Origin: Octopus vulgaris | Lineage: Eukaryota | Assembly: GCA_951406725.2 (NCBI GenBank) | Contig: OX597815.1 | Coordinates: 59,272,001-59,336,000, forward strand | Direction of reading: 5' to 3' | Length of the DNA: 64,000 nt | Shown here: positions 56,483 through 64,000 of the stretch, piece after piece | Numbering within the stretch: the first letter of the stretch is position 1 | Layout: the number at the start of each line of letters is the position of its first letter | Translations under genes and position numbers: made by a program | The notes under the pieces: model-generated | The model's database searches: none | The model's input: only the letters and a program-made list of their open reading frames with translations | What the model was told of the DNA's origin: nothing

Positions 56483-57194
56483 CTATATACATATAATACA
56501 AAACACTGTTTCATTTTTGTATCTGGTTTGCAAGACTCTTCATGTGAATTTGTGTATTGAAGCAAATTTTTTTGTGTCTGGGGAGATTCATATTGCCTTA
56601 ATTCCTTAATATGTAGCACTCACTGGTACAGTTTCCACTCATTATTTATATATTTTTGTTTACTTACAAAATGTTTGTTACTTTTGCAACCTTGTCAATG
56701 GATATTGACTGTCCATTATTGGAACTGTATTCCTTTTTTCCATTTGTGTGCATGTGTGCACCTTGGTGTATGCATGTGTGTGTATGCATGTTTGTATGCA
56801 TGTGTGTACATATGCATGTGTGTATGTATGTATTCTGTATATGCATGTGTTTCTGTGTGCCTGCTTGTGTATGAATTTGTATGCATATTTGAGTGTGTCT
56901 GTGTGTATGAGTTTGTGTGACTATGTATGTGCATTTGTTATGTATGGATGTCTATCTCCACATGTACCTTTGTGTGTATGCATGTGTGGAGTATGTGTGT
57001 GTCCATATTGCCTATGTACCTATCTAGCTACTTACCTATGTATCTATCTGTTTTCCTATATATCAATTTACCTACCCATATATATATTATATTAAATTAG
57101 AGACAAAACCACTATTATGCAAATCAAACAAAGAAAGACTTAAGCCAATACATAAAATAATTTATAGAAATTTAGAAATTTAACAATTATAAAT

Positions 57195-57255
57195 AACCAC
57201 TACGATCGTTTCATGTCTTATTTCAGCACATCTTTGAGACATTCTTCAGGTGGTT
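57195..57255 (-). ncRNA. Type I hammerhead ribozyme (inverted copy)
   Basis: Exact reverse complement of 57288-57348. Confidence 0.85.
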
Positions 57256-57287
57256 TCATAGTTTTAAATTTGCCAAGAAGGTTTTGA

Positions 57288-57348
57288 AACCACCTGAAGA
57301 ATGTCTCAAAGATGTGCTGAAATAAGACATGAAACGATCGTAGTGGTT
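57288..57348 (+). ncRNA. Type I hammerhead ribozyme, intact
   Basis: AACCAC-CUGAAGA-AUGUCU(18 nt)AGACAU-GAAA-CGAUCG-UA-GUGGUU; 6-bp stems I and II, palindromic stem III, predicted cut after GUA (57342/57343). Confidence 0.88.
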
Positions 57349-57539
57349 ATTTATAATTGTTAAGTTTCTAAATTTCTATAAATTATTTTATGTATTGGCT
57401 TAAGTCTTTCTTTGTTTGATTTGCATAATAGTGGTTTTGTCTCTAATTTAATATAATATAATATTTTACTATAAAATTGGATTCAATCCTAAATCTGATT
57501 TTTCCCTGTAAATTTGGATTTATTCCCTAATATTTATTT

Positions 57540-57609
<70 letters not shown>

Positions 57610-57689
57610 CCTACTTGACATTCTACAAGCAAATGTACCTCTGTATGTATATTATGTGGGTATTGGAGTATTACTACCTGCTACTTAAT

Positions 57690-58020
57690 ACAGTGGACAT
57701 TTCATTTATGAGGATGTACTCCTGTATTTTTCTGAGTGATGAGTGCTTCAGGTGTTTGGATAAAATACAGATGTCAAGTTGACCCATTATGCCTCTATGT
57801 CAGTCTTTGGCATGTTGGTAGAGTATGGAGGACATTTTTGTCATCATTTTGCTTCAAGCATCCATTTATTATCTCTGCAATACTTCGAGATGTCTCTCCA
57901 ATGTATGTCATGTTTTTGTCATTACAAGCACTTTCTATGCACCTTATGCTGTAGATTACATTTCTAGTTCTATAGTTAATGCTAGGATTAATCTTACATA
58001 CCACTGTGTTTTAAAAATAA
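57690..58020 (-). mobile_element. Degenerate Penelope GIY-YIG fragment
   Basis: RNVIYSIRC..C....YIGETSRSIAE. Confidence 0.7.
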
Positions 58021-58077
58021 AGACATAAGTCCTTTTATTCTTTTCCTGTGGCTGTACTGGAGTTTTCCCCTCTAGCA

Positions 58078-58951
58078 TATGAGGTCTGATCAATAAGTAT
58101 CCAGATTGTTGCCATAGTAACAAAGCTAAATCACATAGAGTAAAGCTGCTTGGCAAAGATTGACCTTGAATTCTGATGTGCATGCGCACTAAGTTTTAAT
58201 ATTCTAGCTCACTTCTGCTGTTTACAGCAGTGCTTGGAAGGAAGCTATGTAGTATGTGATCATATTAATAACGACAAAGAAAGTTGTCATGGCGATACTT
58301 ACTCAGAGGCCTACACAAAGTTGCAGAAAGTGTATGGAGAGGAGTGTATGAGCCACACACAAATGTACGAGTGGTTCAGACATTTCCAAGATGGCCGAAA
58401 AAATGTCAGTATTGATGAACGTTCTGGGAGACTTGCAACCAGCAGAATTGAGAAAAACATCACAGATGTGCATGCAGATGTGAGGAGAAATCATCAAATC
58501 TCCATCCGTGAGTTATCAGAGAATGTGCAGATTAGTTCAGTCCATTACTACTGAAGATTTGGGTACGAGATGCATGTCTGCCAAGTTTGTGTCAAAACTG
58601 ATTTCAGATGACCAAAAAGACACTGAGATTTCAGTTGCACAAGATCTCTTTGATTGTGTGGAGAATGAAGGAAACCTTTTTGAAAACTCTGCATAGGCCT
58701 CTGAGCATGTATTGCGAAGCTTTTGGCAAAATTTGATGTAGATTCTCTGTTCAGCTGTCTCTGTCATGGTCGATTCAGTGATAACACACTACACACGTTC
58801 CTTGCAAGCACTGCTGTAAACAGTGGAAGTGAGCTGGAATGTTAAAACTTAGTGCACTTGCACAGCAGTGTTCAAGGTCAATCTGTGCCAGGTGGCTTCA
58901 CTCTGCATGTGTTAGCTTCATTACTATAGCAACAGTCTGGATCAGACCATA
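58078..58951. mobile_element. Fold-back mariner derivative with long inverted arms
   Basis: 58081-58245 is inverted at 58795-58950; + strand HTH remnant (LQKVYGEECMSHTQMYEWFRHFQDGR..DERSGR); - strand repeat of the transposase start (EQRIYIKFCQKL). Confidence 0.85.
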
Positions 58952-59377
58952 TTGTCAATTACATCAACACAATGCATTATTGAAAGGTATTATTTTCTCA
59001 AATTTGACATGAGTATAATTTGAACTTAAAATATAAGGGTATATAAATCAAATAACACTAAGCATTTCATTTTCATTGATCAAATTTTCTCATCCATTCA
59101 CCAATACACACACACACATGCATGCATATATATATGCATACACATATACATGTATATGCACATATACATATGTACATATATATGTACATACACACACACA
59201 TACACGTACATGTATACGCATACATTATTTTGTATGCGTGTGGATTTGGTGGGTGGAAGCTGTAGGGAGCCCATTGTGTGTGTGTGTCTGTGTATATACA
59301 TTTCATCATGTTGAACCACATTTTTTTCTCGCTCTGTTGTTTTTCCTTTCTCTCTCCATTTTTGTTTTCTCTCAATC

Positions 59378-59415
59378 CTTTCTGTCGATGAGTGTAGGCT
59401 TGAAATATAAAAGAC
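59378..59415 (+). ncRNA. Decayed copy of the minimal hammerhead-like motif of 29114-29153
   Basis: CUUU-CUGUCGAU-GAGU GUAG GCUU-GAAA-UAUA-AAAG. Confidence 0.4.
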
Positions 59416-59511
59416 TTTTCTATTCTTCTTGAGGCTTAAACTAATATACCTACTTGTTGTTCCTATACCTGTCTTCATTTGTTTTCTGTAAATTTGAACT
59501 ATATATATAAA

Positions 59512-60110
59512 TAATCATCATTTTAATGTCCACTTTTCCATGCTTGCATGGGTTGAACTGAATTTATTGAGACAGATTTTCTCCAGCTTAATATCCTTCT
59601 TGTCACCAACCCTCACCTCTTTTCATGTGAGGTAATATTTCTCGATGGTCAGACATGTTCACACATCATAATGGAAATTGAGTGACACTGCTTGTATGCC
59701 AGTGACAATCATTTACAACTATTATGCAAGGCAAGGAAACAGATACACACACAAGTTTCTTTCATTTTCTCTGTGCTAAATCCACTGTTTGGCCCTGGGT
59801 TATAGCAGAAACACTTGCCCAAAGTTCCACGTGTATGTGTGTGTGTATGTTTGTGTGTCTGTGTAGGTGTGTGTTTTTGTGTCTCCTGGTTTTGACATCA
59901 ACTGATAGATGTAAATGGTTGCCATTGTAATACATGAGGTGTCATACATTTCCAATATTTTATGATATCCTATGTAGCCACAAGGAAATATTTCCTTGCT
60001 TAGAAACAGATGAGGGTTAATGACAGAAAAAGCATCCCTTTGTAGAAAACCTGCCTGTTTTATTCCATCTGACATATGCATGTATGGAAACATGGACATT
60101 AAAACAATGA
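59512..60110. mobile_element. Old SINE-like repeats with RTE-type tails in opposite orientations
   Basis: tcatcattttaatgtccacttttccatgcttgcatggg (minus tail) and gcatgtatggaaacatggacattaaaacaatgac (plus tail). Confidence 0.6.
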
Positions 60111-61318
60111 CAGTATATGGCAGGCTTGCATGCAGTTTCCATCGAATAAAAAATTTCACTCACATGTCTTTAATTAAGTTGTGGAAGACCATTGATCAAG
60201 GTGCTATGGAATCACATGCCAAGTAACTTTCTTTACCTTTTTCTCTTTGTCAAAACTTTGTTATATATTTCTACATTTGTGCATGCATATGGGGCCATAT
60301 TTATTTAAGTCGTATTTTCAGTTCATATCTTTTTCTGTTGTATTTCAATGGTTTTCATTGGTGTCATTTTGTTTTTCTATTGTCATTCCTTGTAAGTATT
60401 ACCAGTGCTAATTATAAATATTGTAATTGTTGATGTATCAGTTTTCCAGTTAACCTAAGTCCATGGTCTAGTTTCAATTAATTGCTGATACATTTTCACT
60501 TAGTTTATGCTATGCTGTTACCCTGTGTAAAGACACAAATATCATAACTACCCAATTTCCTTCTATAAAAGCACAAAGAGATTGCTAGTTTTGTTTCTAC
60601 ATAAAAATGTATTATAAGTAAATAATAATGGATGTAATGTGTATATTTATCTTTTTAACATACTCCTTTGCACTAGAACATAAAAGATATTCAATGCAGG
60701 ATTTTTATATCAGAGAAAAAATTCTCCTTATTAATCTTATTTGCAAAAGCAGTGACCCCAATCTCTGAATGATATCAATGGACTGCATGACATGTTTCAG
60801 CATGATTTTTGCCACTGACAACTGAAGAATCAAAAAATCATTCAGTAACTGTGTTTTGCTGTCTACTGATATCACTGTGAGCTTGTAAAAGAAATTTTTT
60901 CTGTAAGAGCCTCATAGTAAATATTTGTCATATTCCAGCATGCAGGAACATGTTAAATTTAAATTTACACACCATGAATTTCTTTTATCTAATACTTACT
61001 TAATTTCTTGTTTAATTATTTTGATTTTTCTCTTGGTTGAGTGACTGTTATGTTGTGTAAAACATATTCCAATGAATCTTTATATAATGATATTAATAAT
61101 CAAATTTGTTCCAGAATTAATCAAATGAAATAAATCTTTGTTGTTATTTTTGCTTTTATAGTAAATAATTGAAAATGAACACTTCATTAATTGCATTAAA
61201 CCCTCTTATTACATGAAATCTCGAATAAATATTGTCAATGAAATCTACAATACAATTTTCAAGGATATGGGAAAATAATTCTTCAAACAAAATTTCTGTT
61301 TTATTCTATATTTTTCAG

Positions 61319-61505
61319 TGTTCAACTACATCGTTCTACCTCTTCAACAACATCTGACCCTTTGCGGGATGATGCTCTGTGTTCACAATATCCACCTTCT
61401 CCAAATAATGCTACCAGCAGTTACTCTAGCAAATTCTACCTACTACTCAAGGATTCAGAACAGAGAGAAAAATTATTGAATGTACTCAATACAGATCACA
61501 GAGAG
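61319..61505 (+). CDS. MAP3K15: Internal exon of ASK-family MAP kinase kinase kinase (MAP3K5/MAP3K15-like), post-kinase region
   Basis: Acceptor ttctatatttttcag, donor GAG|gtacag; VQLHRSTSSTTSDP...SKFYLLLKDSEQREKLLNVLNTDHRE resembles the ASK-family F(Y/F)xLxKDSERRxTLxxxLxxD motif, recalled from memory; paralog assignment is not possible from one exon. Confidence 0.75.
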
Positions 61506-62527
61506 GTACAGTGTATATCATCATTATCATTTCACTATCTTTTTAACAAATGTTTACTATGCTGGTAGCAGTGAAGGGATCAGGTGGGGGTGGGGGTGAT
61601 AATTCACTATTTGTCATAATCTATTATCATTTTATTCATGATGTTCAGCACCCTATCTCTACCACTCATGCCTTTAACTCTTTTGTTACCATATGTTTAT
61701 TACCTTTGTTTCAGTTAATTTTGAAAAAATGAAGTATTTAGTAAAATAACTGATATTATTAAGCTGCATTTTTTACATTTAAATGAAACATTTATATTTA
61801 ACTAGCAGGACCCATGAATATTTCACAGAATTAATGGTAAACTTTATCCAAAAGACCTGAAAGCATAGCTAGTGTTGTTTCTGTATGGAAAGATAGTTGC
61901 TTGTCTGCTAATCATTGAAAAGTGCAAGAAATTGAAAGTCGATGATTACTTAATATACTTTATATATACACTTTATATACTTTATGTACAATTTTATAGC
62001 CTTAATACACAGCACTCATGAAATAAATATTTACTCTTATTTTTCCATTTTCCCCATAAACAAAAAAGAAATATCCTGTACATATGATACAACCTTTAGT
62101 TAAATTGCATATATCTGCTACATAAATAACCATGAATATTTCACTGAATTACACTTATGCACATGCATTAAGTGATAGGTGATATACAAAAACAGTTCAA
62201 TTAAAAGAAAATACACTTTTTACTGTCCAGTCACCACTGCCTCCACCACCACCACCACCATCCTCAACTCTCCTCTTCTCTCTCACTCCCCTCTCTTTCT
62301 CCTCTCTCCTTTCACTTTTGCCTCTCTGCCTTTCTTTAATCTCACCATCAACATCACCCCTCTGCTAAAATTATATTTTTAACTCCTCTCTTCTAGAGGT
62401 TTAAACTAACTTTTTTAACAATGTTATAAATATTACATTCCCCCTACCTTGCATCATGGATGCTTCTCCCTCCCTCTTTTCTTTCTTCCTCTTTCTGTCT
62501 CTTTGCTTTATCCTCTTTTTCTCTCTC

Positions 62528-63780
62528 CTGTGCATACCTTCCTTCTTGTGACACTTGTGAAGACCTGCTGAGGCAAGTGAAAATCAAAACAAATCAAAAT
62601 AGATGAACATCAATGGAATTTGTATCTTTGTGGTACCAGTGCCGGTGGCACACAAGAAAACCATCCGAATGTGGCCGTAGCCAGTACCGCATCGACTGGC
62701 CTCCGTGGTGTGGGCACATGACAAACACCATCCGATCGTGGCCGTTCGCCAGCCTCATATGGCACCTGTGTCGGTGGCACATAAAAACACCATCCGAAGA
62801 CCCGGCAAGACTAGTCAGATCATAACCCGTGGCCCCTACCTGGGACGTAGTCAGTCCACCTGTGCATACCTTCCTTCTTGTGACACTTGTGAAGACCTGT
62901 TGAGGCAAGTGAAAATCAAAATCAAAATCAAATCAAAACAAATCAAAATAGATGAACATCAATGGAATTTGTATCTTTGTGGTACCAGTGCTGGTGGCAC
63001 AGAAGAAAACCATCCGAATGTGGCTGTAGCCAGTACCGCACCGACTGGCCTCCGTGCTGTGGGCACGTAACAAACACCATTCGATCGTAGCCGTTCACCA
63101 GCCTCATCTGGCACCTGTGTCGGTGGCACATAAAAACACCATCCGAAGACCCGGCAAGACTAGTCAGGCCAAAACCTGTGGCCCCTACCTGGGACGTAGT
63201 CAGTCCACCTGTGCATACCTTCCTTCTTGTGACACTTGTGAAGACCTGTTGAGGCAAGTGAAAATAAAATCAAATCAAATCAAATCAAATCAAAACAAAT
63301 CAAAATAGATGAACATCAATGGAATTTGTATCTTTGTGGTACCAGTGCCGGTGGCACACAAGAAAATCATCCGAACGTGGCCGTAGCCAGTACCGCATCG
63401 ACTGGCCTCCGTGCTGTGGGCACGTAACAAACACCATCCAATCGTGGCCGTTCGCCAGCCTCATCTGGCACCTATGTCGGTGGCACATAAAAACACCATC
63501 CGAAGACCCGGCAAGACTAGTCGGGCCATAATCGTGGCCCCTACCTGGGACGTAGTCAGTCCACCTGTGCATACCTTCCTTCTTGTGACACTTGTGAAGA
63601 CCTGTTGAGGCAAGTGAAAATCAAAACAAATCAAAATAGATGAACATCAATGGAATTTGTATCTTTGTGGTAAATTAGTGCCGGTGGCACACAAGAAAAC
63701 CATCCGAACGTGGCCGTAGCCAGTACCGCATCGACTGGCCTCCGTGCTGTGGGCACGTAACAAACACCATCCGATCATGG
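62528..63780 (+). repeat. Tandem repeat of 331-356-bp units derived from RTE-PHD ORF end and 3'UTR (about 3.6 copies)
   Basis: cctgtgcataccttccttcttgtgacacttgtgaagacc recurs at 62528, 62859, 63208, 63564; unit length varies with a (AAATC)n tract. Confidence 0.93.
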
Positions 63781-64000
63781 CCGTTCGCCAGCCTCATCTG
63801 GCACCTGTGTCGGTGGCACATAAAAACACCATCCGAGCGTGGCCGTCTGCCAGCCTCGTCTGGCACCTGTGTCAGTGGCACATAAAAAACACCATCCGAG
63901 CGTGGCCGTTCGCCAGCCTCGTCTGGCACCTGTGTCGGTGGCACATAAAAAACACCATCCGAGCGTGGCTGTTCGCCAGCCTCGTCTGGCACCTGTGTCG
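63781..64000 (+). repeat. 62-63-bp tandem repeat (RTE 3'UTR unit), runs off the window end
   Basis: gcctc(g/a)tctggcacctgtgtc recurs at 63791, 63853, 63916, 63979. Confidence 0.93.

Larger units (their letters stand above)
57088..57455. repeat. Near-perfect inverted repeat: about 171-bp arms, 26-nt spacer
   Basis: Arm 57088-57258 is the reverse complement of 57285-57455 with one mismatch seen. Confidence 0.95.

Noticed and set aside
62555-62590. GTGAAGA..GAAA as a hammerhead within the 350-bp satellite unit
   Set aside because: C3 missing, stem II not adjacent to GAAA, no stem III
62594-63992. Repeated ~100-aa ORFs in the satellite
   Set aside because: Incidental frames of GC-rich UTR repeats with no domain signature
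63781-64000. CRISPR-like regular repeats
   Set aside because: Whole units repeat with no unique spacers, no cas genes, eukaryotic LINE-derived sequence

Overview
Eukaryotic, AT-rich, repeat-dominated DNA. The SINE, LINE and Helitron families look like those of an octopus genome, which is an inference from recognising the repeats. The only convincing host coding sequence is a 187-nt + strand exon at 61319-61505 carrying the post-kinase FYLLxKDSExRxxL motif of ASK-family MAP3Ks (MAP3K5/15). A phase-compatible 42-nt candidate micro-exon at 7532-7573 suggests that most of the window is one intron of about 54 kb. The intron holds Penelope-like elements (RT + GIY-YIG), two RTE-type LINE groups (one with a PHD finger inside the RT, one with three C-terminal C2H2 fingers), CR1/L2-group LINEs, tRNA-derived SINEs, non-autonomous Helitrons and mariner relics. 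A zone at about 19-52 kb contains very long (TA)n arrays into which many retroelements inserted. The most notable hidden signal is a set of type I hammerhead-ribozyme motifs with self-complementary stem III. There are three with an intact core at 4365 (-), 21454 (+) and 57195/57288, the last present as two copies in a near-perfect 171-bp inverted repeat, plus five variant or decayed motifs (29114, 36706, 41804, 49404, 59378). Other structured-RNA signals are a covarying 3' stem-loop shared by three LINE subfamilies and a SINE, and tandem putative pseudoknot units in the RTE 3'UTR that have expanded into a satellite at 62.5-64 kb. All alignments and folds were done by eye.
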